DNA of 30,471 nt from Gemmatimonadaceae bacterium (GTDB lineage: Bacteria > Gemmatimonadota > Gemmatimonadetes > Gemmatimonadales > Gemmatimonadaceae), in contig JBBDYA010000129.1 of assembly GCA_040902005.1 (NCBI GenBank), forward strand, positions 17,509 to 47,979, read 5' to 3'. The translations under genes and the position numbers were made by a program. Positions 17,543 to 26,233 of this stretch are shown piece by piece. Below the pieces are notes generated by a model that made no database searches, was not told the origin of the DNA, and saw nothing but the letters and a program-made list of their open reading frames with translations. Position 1 is the stretch's first letter. Every line of letters begins with the position of its first letter.

Positions 17543-18702
17543 CAGTTGCACCAGCGGCGCGCGAGCGACGCAAGAATCGCGGTAGCGTGTTCGATTTCGT
17601 TCACCGCAATGTACTCCTCTGCCGCGTGGGCCAGCCCCATGTCGCCCGGCCCGAAGCAGATGGCCGGAATCCCACGCTCGTTCAGGAGCGCGGCGTCCGT
17701 CCATGCACTCATTCCGGCGATCGACATCGCGTGCCCCGCCTCGCGCACTGAAGTCGAGAGGGCCTCCACCACGGGCGCGTCCAGCGGGACGTCACTGGGC
17801 GGCTGCGCAAACGACACCGTGGTCTCGAAGCCGAATTCAGGGCGAGTCGCGCGCACCCGCGCGCACAAACTCTGGAACTCCACGAGCACGTCCTGCGCCC
17901 GCTCGCCCGGCAGGGTTCGCCGCTCCACCTTGATGACGCAGCGATCCGGATACGTGCTCAGGCCGAGGCCGCCTTCGATCACCGACGCATGGACAGAGGG
18001 TCTCCCCAGCAGCTGATGCGTGCGGCGCGGAAGCGCTTCACGGTCCAGGCGATCGAGCTCGGCGAGAAAGAGTCCCGCTCCACGGATCGCATCCACGCCT
18101 ATGTCCCAGCGGCTGCCGTGGGATGCCCGTCCTGCCACCACAATTTCGAGCCACACGAATCCCTTGTGCGCCGGCATGATCCGCAGGCCGGTGGGCTCCG
18201 TGACGATCGCCGCGTCGGCTCGGAGACCCGAGTCGAGCAAGGCGCGCGTTCCGAGGCTCGTCCATTCCTCGTCCATGACGGCCGCGATCACGAGATCCCC
18301 TTTCAGCTGGCCCCCCGCCCCCCCCCGCACGCGGGCGGCGGCGGCGCACATCGCGGCAACCCCCCCCTTCATGTCGCTGCTGCCACGCCCGTAGAGGCGA
18401 CCATCCCGAATCGACGCATCGAACGGTGGGTGCACCATCCCTTCCACGCCCACGGTGTCGATGTGACCGTTGAACATCATCGAGCGCCCGCCACCGGTCC
18501 CGTGGATGATCGCGACCACGTTCGGCCGTTCGGGTGCGACCTCGATGACGCGTGCGTCCATGCCCCACGACGCCAGGACATCGCGCAGCACGACCGCGAT
18601 CGCGCCCTCGCCGGTCGCGCCGGGCGCCAGCGACGGATTCCGGGAGTCGCAACGCACCAGTGCGCTCGTGAGCGCCACGGCATCGCCGGTGGGAACACTC
18701 AC
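17542..18702 (-). CDS. M20 metallopeptidase, ArgE/DapE family deacylase
   Basis: NGHIDTV, YGRGSSDMKGG, DEE, TEPT, AHAAEE; GTG start overlaps the upstream TGA. Confidence 0.9.
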   Translation of the reverse strand: MSVPTGDAVALTSALVRCDSRNPSLAPGATGEGAIAVVLRDVLASWGMDARVIEVAPERPNVVAIIHGTGGGRSMMFNGHIDTVGVEGMVHPPFDASIRDGRLYGRGSSDMKGGVAAMCAAAARVRGGAGGQLKGDLVIAAVMDEEWTSLGTRALLDSGLRADAAIVTEPTGLRIMPAHKGFVWLEIVVAGRASHGSRWDIGVDAIRGAGLFLAELDRLDREALPRRTHQLLGRPSVHASVIEGGLGLSTYPDRCVIKVERRTLPGERAQDVLVEFQSLCARVRATRPEFGFETTVSFAQPPSDVPLDAPVVEALSTSVREAGHAMSIAGMSAWTDAALLNERGIPAICFGPGDMGLAHAAEEYIAVNEIEHATAILASLARRWCN

Positions 18703-19661
18703 GCCGGCGACTCCGCCAGAATGGTCAGTCCCGCTTCGTCGACGGCAAAATCCATCAGGTCGCCCAGCGACGCGACGGCGTCTCGCACGGCGTCGGTGCG
18801 GCCATCCGGGCACATGATCAGGACGCAGCCACCGCCCGACGCGCCCATCGCCTTCGCGCCCAGGGCACCCGCGCGCAGCGACCGGCTGACGATTTCGTCG
18901 ATGCGTTCGGTGGGGATGCTGGGATGCAACGACCGCTGGTGTGCCCAGTGCTCGCCCACCAGGGCTCCGATTGCGTCCAGGTTTCCCGATTCCAGGGCGG
19001 CGGCCATCGACTCCGCAAGCGCGCGCATCCGGCGCAGCGCATCGAGCACACGCACCTCGCCCCTCTCGTAAGCGCCCAGCACCGACGTGATGGTGTCGCC
19101 CGAGATGCGGGATTGTCCCGTGTAGATGAGCACCGACCGTTCGGCGAGCCGCGACCGCACATCAGCGGTGATCGGAATGGACCTGACCTGCGTGGAGGAC
19201 CCGAAGGTGAGGGCAAGCGCACCGCCGTGGGTGGCGGCGTAGTGGTCCTGTCGTCCGCCAGCGATGCCAAGCGTCTCTACCTCCACCCGACGTCCCGCCT
19301 CCGCGATCGCGCTGCGGTCCCACGGTTCGCCCTTCCATGCGGCGATGGCGCCGAACAGCGCGGCGCTCGCGGCCGAGGAGCCGCCCAGTCCGGCACCGAG
19401 CGGGAAGTCGTTGTCGAGCGTGGCATGAACCCCGGAGACGGCGGCGTGATGGAACACGGCACGCACGAGCGGATCGCGCACGGCCGCATCATGCGCGTGC
19501 CCACCCGCGTCGAGGAGACGGGCGGTTGCATATCGGGTGATGGCGACGTTGCAGACAAATCCCCCTTCGCGCTCACAATAGGGAGGCACATCCGTCCAGC
19601 CGCCTCCCAGATCGATGCGCGTGGGCGCTCGCGCCACACACAATTCGCGCTGGTTGATCAT
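18699..19661 (-). CDS. GHMP-family sugar kinase (HddA/fucokinase-like)
   Basis: APTRIDLGGGWTD, PLGAGLGGSSA, GGRQDH, MGASGGGC; true start taken at MINQRE. Confidence 0.88.
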   Translation of the reverse strand: MINQRELCVARAPTRIDLGGGWTDVPPYCEREGGFVCNVAITRYATARLLDAGGHAHDAAVRDPLVRAVFHHAAVSGVHATLDNDFPLGAGLGGSSAASAALFGAIAAWKGEPWDRSAIAEAGRRVEVETLGIAGGRQDHYAATHGGALALTFGSSTQVRSIPITADVRSRLAERSVLIYTGQSRISGDTITSVLGAYERGEVRVLDALRRMRALAESMAAALESGNLDAIGALVGEHWAHQRSLHPSIPTERIDEIVSRSLRAGALGAKAMGASGGGCVLIMCPDGRTDAVRDAVASLGDLMDFAVDEAGLTILAESPA

Positions 19662-19781
19662 ATTGTGAACTCGGTAACAGAAGGGATAAAACGTAGCCCG
19701 CTCCGGTGCGCTTGCCAGCGCCGGCATCTCGTCGACCGATGAGAGCAGCAGGGCATGACCATTGCTGGCTGCTGGCGCTCC

Positions 19782-21287
19782 ATGCCCGATTTCCTCCAGT
19801 ACCTCAGCGACTGCAAGTTCATTCTCGTCTCCAATCGAGAGCCGTACGAGCACGTACACGGCCCGAGTGAAATGGAGGTGCGGCGCCCGGCGGGCGGCCT
19901 GGTATCGGCCCTGGATCCCACGATGCGTCGCGTTCAGGGAACGTGGGTCGCGTGGGGATCGGGATCCGCCGATGCCGAGAGCGCCGACGAGTCCGGGCGC
20001 CTGCAGGTGCCGCCCGGCGAGGAATCCTACACGCTGCGTCGCGTGTGGCTCGAGGACCACGAGGTGGACGCCTACTATCACGGCTTCGCCAATCGCTCGC
20101 TGTGGCCGCTCTGCCACATGCTGATCCACTATTTCGAGTACCGCACGGAATTCTGGGACCGGTACCGTGCCGTGAACCTGCGCTTCGCGCACGCGGTCGC
20201 CGAGGAGGCGGAACGCTGTACGGGACGCAGCATGGCGTGGATCCAGGACTATCATCTGGCGCTCGTGCCGGAATTCCTTCGCGCGATCCGGCCGCACCTG
20301 TTCATCCATCAGTTCTGGCACATCCCGTTTCCGCCGCCGGACATCCTGCGCCTCCTGCCCAGCGGTGCGCACGAGGCCTTGCTGCGAGGCCTCCTGGGTA
20401 ATGACCTGATGGAGTTCCAGATCGACCGGCATGCGCTGAACTTTCTCGACTGTGTGGCCGAGTTTGTGCCCGATGCGTCCGTCGACCTCGCGGATCAGAC
20501 CATCCGCTTTCAGGATCGCATCGTTCAGGTGGCAAGCTTCCCCATCAGCATCGACTACGAGCAGTACGATGAGATGGCGCGACGGCCGGAGAGCGAGCGT
20601 ACGGTGGAGACGCTGCGCGCACGATATGCGCACGGTACACGGCAGTTGGGGGTATGCGTGGACCGCGTGGACTACACCAAGGGAATCCCGGAGCGGCTGC
20701 GCGCCCTGGAGCTGCTGTGGACGGAGCACCCGGAGCTGCTGGAGCGCTTCACCTTCATCTTCGTCTGCACGCCCTCGCGCACGAACCTGCCCGCCTACAC
20801 GCAGCTGGAACAGGAGGTGAACAGCACGGTGCAGGCGATCAACCGCCGGTACGGCACCGCCACCTGGACGCCGATCGTGCTGATCAACGAGAACGTGGAC
20901 GCGGATCTGCTGGCGGCGGTCTACCGCGCCGCCGACCTGTGTCTGGTCTCGTCGCTCCAGGATGGGATGAATCTCGTGGCCAAGGAGTTTGTCGCGGCGC
21001 AGGTGGACGAGCGTGGCGTCCTTCTGCTGAGCCGCTTCACCGGGGCCGCCGAAGAAATCGAGGGCGCAGTGCTGATCAATCCATTCAACATCGACGGTTT
21101 CGTCTCCGCGATGCGCACGGCGCTGGACATGCCCGCGGAAGAGCGCCGCCGCCGCATGCACCGCATGCGCCGCCACCTGCGGACCAACACCATCTTCGAT
21201 TGGCTGGATGGCATTCTTGCCCGCTGCGGTGACATGATCGCGACGCCCCCCCCCTCAGGGAGCGCCGGTGCGCGCGTCGGCGGGTGA
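19782..21287 (+). CDS. otsA: Trehalose-6-phosphate synthase
   Basis: ILVSNREP, AGGLVSAL, WIQDYHL, FWHIPFP, VDRVDYTKGI, DGMNLVAKEF. Confidence 0.95.
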   Translation: MPDFLQYLSDCKFILVSNREPYEHVHGPSEMEVRRPAGGLVSALDPTMRRVQGTWVAWGSGSADAESADESGRLQVPPGEESYTLRRVWLEDHEVDAYYHGFANRSLWPLCHMLIHYFEYRTEFWDRYRAVNLRFAHAVAEEAERCTGRSMAWIQDYHLALVPEFLRAIRPHLFIHQFWHIPFPPPDILRLLPSGAHEALLRGLLGNDLMEFQIDRHALNFLDCVAEFVPDASVDLADQTIRFQDRIVQVASFPISIDYEQYDEMARRPESERTVETLRARYAHGTRQLGVCVDRVDYTKGIPERLRALELLWTEHPELLERFTFIFVCTPSRTNLPAYTQLEQEVNSTVQAINRRYGTATWTPIVLINENVDADLLAAVYRAADLCLVSSLQDGMNLVAKEFVAAQVDERGVLLLSRFTGAAEEIEGAVLINPFNIDGFVSAMRTALDMPAEERRRRMHRMRRHLRTNTIFDWLDGILARCGDMIATPPPSGSAGARVGG

Positions 21288-22162
21288 CCGCGTCTTCGCA
21301 TCGGGGCGCCGGCCGCCTTACCGACGCCGTCGGAAACCGGTTGGATGGCGCGCCCCTCGTGGTGCTCCTGGACCTGGACGGCACGCTCGCTCCCATCGCC
21401 GCGACACCCGAAGGGGCGCAGGTACCAGCGGAAACGAAGGAGGTGCTCCGACGGCTGATCGCCACTCCGGGGCTGTTCCTCGCCGTGGTCTCCGGTCGCT
21501 CGGCGCAGGACGCGGCCTCGTTGGCGGGCGTGGACGGGCTCTGGGTCGTGGGCAATCACGGCTTCGAATCCCGTGAGCCGCGGGGCGACATCGTGCCCGA
21601 CGATCGCGTGCTGCCGTTCGAGCGCGCCGTTGCCGATGTGGCGCGCGACCTGGCGGTGCTCGAATCCTCCGTGCCAGGATCACTCGTGGAGAACAAGCGC
21701 TGGACCCTCAGCGTCCACTATCGCCTGGTGGATCCGGCCGCGGTTCCTTCCCTGAAAGAACGGGTGCGCGAGTCGGGCGAGCGCGCCGGGCTCCGCGCCA
21801 GCGAAGGCAAACAGGTGATGGAGCTGCGTCCTGCGGTGGAGATCAGCAAGGGGACCGCGTCGGTGGCGCTCGCAGAACGGCTTGGCGGCCTGACCGGTGC
21901 CGGGAATGTGATCTACGCCGGCGATGATCGCACCGACGAAGATGCTTTTCGCGCGCTGCGCGCGCGTTCCCGATCAGCGGTCACGGTGCGAATCGTCGCC
22001 GATGAAGCCCCGGAGTTTCGAGTGCCGACCGAGGCGGAGTTCGCGCTCTCATCGCCTGCGGAGCTGCGAGTCGCGCTCGAATGGCTGGCTGCGCGCCGGA
22101 GCGCCAGGGAAGCTCTGAAAAGGGTGAGTAGCCGCCCAGATGCACGCGGGCCGCCGTCCTAG
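21284..22162 (+). CDS. otsB: Trehalose-6-phosphate phosphatase
   Basis: HAD motif DLDGTL, VSGRS, GNHG, ENK, SVHYR, GDDRTDEDAF; GTGA overlap with otsA; last ~17 codons lie inside the repeat element. Confidence 0.92.
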   Translation: MTASSHRGAGRLTDAVGNRLDGAPLVVLLDLDGTLAPIAATPEGAQVPAETKEVLRRLIATPGLFLAVVSGRSAQDAASLAGVDGLWVVGNHGFESREPRGDIVPDDRVLPFERAVADVARDLAVLESSVPGSLVENKRWTLSVHYRLVDPAAVPSLKERVRESGERAGLRASEGKQVMELRPAVEISKGTASVALAERLGGLTGAGNVIYAGDDRTDEDAFRALRARSRSAVTVRIVADEAPEFRVPTEAEFALSSPAELRVALEWLAARRSAREALKRVSSRPDARGPPS

Positions 22163-22420
22163 TATTGACACGGGCGATGGGTCTCGCTCCGCGCGACTGT
22201 GCTCAATTCTGGCAAGAAGGGCGCTTGCCAGTATTGACACAGCCCGCGCTTCGGAGACCCGTCGCCCGCGTCCCACCGGTGCCGGAGGTCGCCGTGAGCG
22301 GCGAGCCCGATCGCGCGTGCAACGTGGCCGTACGTGCGGCGTCGGCTCCCGCAATCGCACGAGCGCGTCGCCATCGTCCGTCGGGGAGCGTGCCGAGGCT
22401 CGCCCTTTTTCAGAGCTTTC
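22108..22420. mobile_element. Non-autonomous MITE-like element with IS5-like ends (copy A, 313 bp)
   Basis: Left end GGAAGCTCTGAAAAGGGTGAG, right end CTCGCCCTTTTTCAGAGCTTTC; flanks CCAG (22104-22107) and CTAG (22421-22424); same ends as 26046..26230; no transposase. Confidence 0.7.
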
Positions 22421-23014
22421 CTAGCGGCGTTTCTTCCCGGTAGCCTTCTTTGCCGGCCGGGACTTCTTCGCTGTGGGCCTCTTCGCCGCGGGCTTCTTCG
22501 CCACGGGCTTCTTCGCCGCGGGCTTTGCTGCGGTGGGCTTCGCGGCCCCTTTTTTGACGCCGGGTACATGTGCGGGCGCGCGCACCACGTGATGCATCAT
22601 CGCTTCGCGCGCGGCAGCCGCCTGCGCGCGTTGCGCCGCACGCGCCTTGGTCGCAATCTCCGATGCTGTCGCCTTCTTGCGCTCGGACGCAGGGCGCCTG
22701 GCATGGGCCGCTGCCGCTTCGCGAATCAGTTTGTCGGCCTCTTCGGTCGTCATCTGACCGCGGCGCACCATGAACTGCACCAGATCGCGCGCGCTCTCCA
22801 CGGCGAAGCCCGCGATGCCCGCGGCCGCGCTGATCACGTCCTTCATCGCGAGCGAAACCCTGGTGCCTGCCTCGAGACTAATTTCCTGTGCGCGTTCGGT
22901 GAGTTCCGCGATCGCGTCGCGGGCATCCACGGCTCTGTGCCCAGGACTCCGCTTCACGACCGCCGGCTGCGCGGCACCAGACTTCACAACTGCAGACTGA
23001 GCTTTCTCGGCCAT
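22421..23014 (-). CDS. Phasin-like protein with Lys/Ala/Pro-rich histone H1-like tail
   Basis: MVRRGQMTTEEADKLI phasin-like helix; C-terminal AAKP/AKKP repeats. Confidence 0.7.
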   Translation of the reverse strand: MAEKAQSAVVKSGAAQPAVVKRSPGHRAVDARDAIAELTERAQEISLEAGTRVSLAMKDVISAAAGIAGFAVESARDLVQFMVRRGQMTTEEADKLIREAAAAHARRPASERKKATASEIATKARAAQRAQAAAAREAMMHHVVRAPAHVPGVKKGAAKPTAAKPAAKKPVAKKPAAKRPTAKKSRPAKKATGKKRR

Positions 23015-23105
23015 TTTTGGTCAGGACGGTGGGGATTTGGAATCGCGAACCCTGCCGCCAGATGTGAAAAAAACGAATGGCGCCGGGCAGGTCCAACACG
23101 CGGCA

Positions 23106-23133
23106 AGTATATGATGTGCCGCAAGCTATGCAA
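23106..23133 (-). promoter_or_regulatory. Putative sigma70 promoter for the phasin/histone-like gene
   Basis: Minus strand TTGCAT-16 nt-TATACT about 90 nt upstream of ATG 23014. Confidence 0.4.
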
Positions 23134-23264
23134 GCGCCGCTCATCGATCGGACGAGCACATTGGCAGGAGCGCGGTGCGGTGACCCGCCGCAGCGTTCAA
23201 CCGCAAGAATATCCTTCAAGAATGCCATCGTTTCGTGACATCATAGACGCATTAACAAGCCACT

Positions 23265-24377
23265 ATGACGAATCTACCACTTGACGGCGTCAAGGTCGTC
23301 GACCTCTCCCGAGTGCTCGCCGGGCCGCTATGCACCATGATGCTCGCAGACCTCGGCGCCGACATCATCAAGGTCGAGCGACCCGGGCGTGGAGACGACA
23401 CCCGGGGGTGGGGGCCTCCCTTCGACGCCAGCGGTGAAAGCGCATACTACCTGAGCACCAATCGCAACAAGTTCAGTGTGACCGCTGACCTGAACGCGGC
23501 GACCGATCGCGCGTTGATCGCGTCGCTCATCGACGAAGCCGACGTCGTCGTCGAGAACTTTCGTCCGGGCGCGCTGTCTCGCGCCGGACTGAGCGCGGAC
23601 GATTGCCTCCAGAGGAACGGTCGCCTGATCTGGTGCACCATTACCGGCTTCGGCCCTCGCAGCCCCCGGCCGGGATACGATGCCGTCGTGCAGGCCGAAT
23701 CCGGCTGGATGGCCATCACGGGCGAGCCGGATGGTGCTCCGATGAAGTCCGGTGTCGCCGTCACGGATCTTATCGCGGGGCGGGACGCGGCGATCGCGAT
23801 CCTTGCCGCGCTCGTGGGCCGCGACAGTCAGCGGGGCGCACGCCGGCTGTTCATCTCCCTCGTGGACAGTGCGCGCTCCGCCCTGGTCAACGTGGCGCAG
23901 AACAGCTTGCTGACTGGCGAGGAGGCCCGGCGATGGGGGAATGCCCATGCGAACCTGGTCCCGTATCAGCTCTTTCGGGCCAGCGACCGTGAGCTCGTCA
24001 TCGCCTGTGGCAGCGACGAACAGTGGCGGGCCTGTGCCCGCGTCCTTGGCCTCGATGCGCTTGCCGGTGACGACGCGTTGACGACCAACGCCGGCCGCCT
24101 CGCGCATCGCGCACGGGTGGTGACGGCGATGCAGCAGGTGCTCGGCGGTCGAACCGCCGCCGAATGGATGCGCGACCTGGCTGGCGCCGATGTGCCGTGT
24201 GGGCTGGTGAAGACGGTCCGCGAAGCGCTGACGGAAGCGGCCGGTGCGTCTCCCGTGTCCGGAATGCCCTCCAGCGTTGGCGGTGCACTCCGCCGGCCGC
24301 CGCCCCGGCTGAACGAGCATGGGGAGGCGGTTCGTCGCCATGGGTGGGCCGCGTTCAGCTCCCCGGAACACGCCTGA
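23265..24377 (+). CDS. Family III CoA-transferase (CaiB/BaiF)
   Basis: DLSRVLAGP, LADLGADIIKVE, GDDTR, NRNK, VVENFRPG, GVAVTD. Confidence 0.93.
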   Translation: MTNLPLDGVKVVDLSRVLAGPLCTMMLADLGADIIKVERPGRGDDTRGWGPPFDASGESAYYLSTNRNKFSVTADLNAATDRALIASLIDEADVVVENFRPGALSRAGLSADDCLQRNGRLIWCTITGFGPRSPRPGYDAVVQAESGWMAITGEPDGAPMKSGVAVTDLIAGRDAAIAILAALVGRDSQRGARRLFISLVDSARSALVNVAQNSLLTGEEARRWGNAHANLVPYQLFRASDRELVIACGSDEQWRACARVLGLDALAGDDALTTNAGRLAHRARVVTAMQQVLGGRTAAEWMRDLAGADVPCGLVKTVREALTEAAGASPVSGMPSSVGGALRRPPPRLNEHGEAVRRHGWAAFSSPEHA

Positions 24378-24518
24378 CCGCGGTCCGTCGAGGGTCCGTG
24401 CGGAGGACCGTTACCTGTGGTGACGCTGTCTCGTCTTTGGAACGTGGCGACCGTCCTCCGAACCCTGGCGGCTCCTTCCGCCCTGTCCTATGTGCGGCAG
24501 CGGCGTTACTCTACCGTC

Positions 24519-25088
24519 GTGAAGACGACGGAGACGGAACCGAGTGTTGCCGCCGAACCGGATACCGATCAGCTGATCATTCAGCGCGTGCTGGCCGGCC
24601 ATCGCGACGCGTTCCGAGTATTGATCGCCCGTTACAGTGATCCGTTGTACCGACACGCCCTGTGCATGACGGGCAGTCCGGATGTGGCGGAGGACATCCT
24701 CCAGCTCTCCTTCATCAAGGCGTACCAGCACCTGGCGGAGGTGCGAGGTCGTTTCGATGCCTGGGTCTTCCGGATCGTCGCCAACGGGTGCAAGGACTGG
24801 CTCAAGAACATCCGCCGGTCCCATCTGAGTTACGACGAGGACGATCAGCCGTCGTCATATGCGACGCCTGACGAAGATCTGGACCGCAGCGAGCTGCGCA
24901 CGGATCTCGACTCCGCGTTGACCGCGCTACCGGCGTCCCTGCGGGAAGCGTTCATCATGAAGCACGTGGAAGGACGTTCGTACGAGGAAATGGCCGACCT
25001 GCTCGGCACCACGGTCGGAGCGTTGAAGATGCGCGTGCATCGCGCGCGTGAGGCGCTCCAGGCCCTACTAGAGGAAAAGTACGCCTAA
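24519..25088 (+). CDS. ECF RNA polymerase sigma factor
   Basis: AEDILQLSFIKAY, FDAWVFRIVAN, LPASLREAF, SYEEMADLLGTTVGALKMRVHRAR; start could extend to 24417. Confidence 0.92.
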   Translation: MKTTETEPSVAAEPDTDQLIIQRVLAGHRDAFRVLIARYSDPLYRHALCMTGSPDVAEDILQLSFIKAYQHLAEVRGRFDAWVFRIVANGCKDWLKNIRRSHLSYDEDDQPSSYATPDEDLDRSELRTDLDSALTALPASLREAFIMKHVEGRSYEEMADLLGTTVGALKMRVHRAREALQALLEEKYA

Positions 25089-25089
25089 C

Positions 25090-25530
25090 ATGCTTGATAA
25101 CCTGAACCCCGGCTCCCGCGACGGTCGCGACGGACACAAGGGCACGCAAAAAGGCCAACGGGACCAGGAGGTCCGACCGGTCGTTGAGCGCGAGGTGCCG
25201 CTCGGACAGCAGTCGGAGCGATCGCTCTCGGCGGCCGTTCATTCCTGGCTGGACGGTGAGCTGCCGGAAGCGGCTGCGCGCAAGGGTAACGCGACGAGGG
25301 ACGTCGAGTTCTGGCGCAACCTGTCGGGTCAGATGGAGCGCACGCGCCGCATGCGCACGCCGGAGCACGTCGAAGCCCAGATCATGGCTGCACTGCCGCA
25401 TCACGCGCCGGCGCTCATCACGCCGTGGTTCGAGCGCGAGTTCGTGATCACGCCGGTGGCCGCGGTCACGGCTACCACCGCGATCATCGCCCTTACGGCA
25501 GCGGTGACCGTCGCGCTTCTGGTGCCCTGA
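25090..25530 (+). CDS. Putative anti-sigma factor
   Basis: Starts 1 nt after the sigma stop; VHSWLDGEL motif; C-terminal hydrophobic helix. Confidence 0.7.
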   Translation: MLDNLNPGSRDGRDGHKGTQKGQRDQEVRPVVEREVPLGQQSERSLSAAVHSWLDGELPEAAARKGNATRDVEFWRNLSGQMERTRRMRTPEHVEAQIMAALPHHAPALITPWFEREFVITPVAAVTATTAIIALTAAVTVALLVP

Positions 25531-25561
25531 CCGGCACACGGGTCGTTGCAGCAGCACGTTG

Positions 25562-25588
25562 AGGCCGGCCTTCGGGTCGGCTTTTTCT
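25562..25588 (+). terminator. Rho-independent terminator
   Basis: AGGCCGGCC-TTCG-GGTCGGCTT stem with UUCG loop followed by a T-tract. Confidence 0.8.
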
Positions 25589-25784
25589 TGTCCGCCGGCG
25601 CCGCTTTCGCGCCGCGAAACCCCTGCCATTCCAACACTTACACCTGCTCCCGCGTACCTTGAATAACGCTGAGGCCAATAAGGCTGAGGCTGCATTGGCA
25701 TGATCCAAGCGTAGAAACAGCGTACAACGGGCATATTATGGGCGGTCCCCAGGGGACCGGTGTACCTCCAACCGGGAGGCGAGG

Positions 25785-26045
25785 ATGGCTGATGAACAAA
25801 CGTTCGATGTGCTCCTGAACGAGTTTCGTCGTGTCGGTGTGGATCCCGACACGTTCAGCGCCATGCTTGCCATTCGCCCCGAGGATGCATTGCGCGCTTT
25901 GCGCGCGCTGCCAGATGCGGCCGGCCCATCGGCGTTTCTGCGACAGCTTCGGAGCGACGGCGTCAGCGTCCCGATGGCCGGGCAGGGCCCGGACGCCAAG
26001 CCGCTCGCAAAGGCGGAGCGTCAGAGGCGAAACAAGTCCGCCTAG
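25785..26045 (+). CDS. Small hypothetical protein
   Basis: GGAGG/GAGG RBS before ATG; 86 aa; its TAG stop lies in the CTAG flanking the element. Confidence 0.65.
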   Translation: MADEQTFDVLLNEFRRVGVDPDTFSAMLAIRPEDALRALRALPDAAGPSAFLRQLRSDGVSVPMAGQGPDAKPLAKAERQRRNKSA

Positions 26046-26230
26046 GGAAGCTCTGAAAAAGGGCGAGTAGGATAGCGCGATCGCTCCCCGTGGCGCGAGC
26101 GTAGTATCAATACTGAGACGACTATGCGCGACTCCTCCCAAGTGCATCCGAGCCACCGTCTCAGTATTGATACTACGCTCGAGCCCGGGGAGCGATCGCG
26201 CTTTCCTACCGGCCCTTTTTCAGAGCTTCC
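26046..26230. mobile_element. Palindromic MITE-like element with IS5-like ends (copy B, 185 bp)
   Basis: Perfect 19-bp TIR GGAAGCTCTGAAAAAGGGC / GCCCTTTTTCAGAGCTTCC; CTAG on both sides (26042-26045, 26231-26234); arms pair over about 75 bp around a 36-nt loop. Confidence 0.85.
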
Positions 26231-26233
26231 CTA

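Noticed and set aside
18699..21176. 825-aa ORF suggesting a large kinase fusion
   Set aside because: The first ~505 codons are the antisense shadow of otsA; kinase motifs begin only after ATG 19661
22440..22550. Tandem DNA repeats resembling a CRISPR array or VNTR
   Set aside because: They are ~15-nt coding repeats for AAKKP units, with no spacers or cas genes
22159..22569. ORFs crossing element A (22159..22569, 22165..22443, 22049..22360) as a transposase
   Set aside because: Arg/Pro-rich shadow translations with no DDE or HUH motifs
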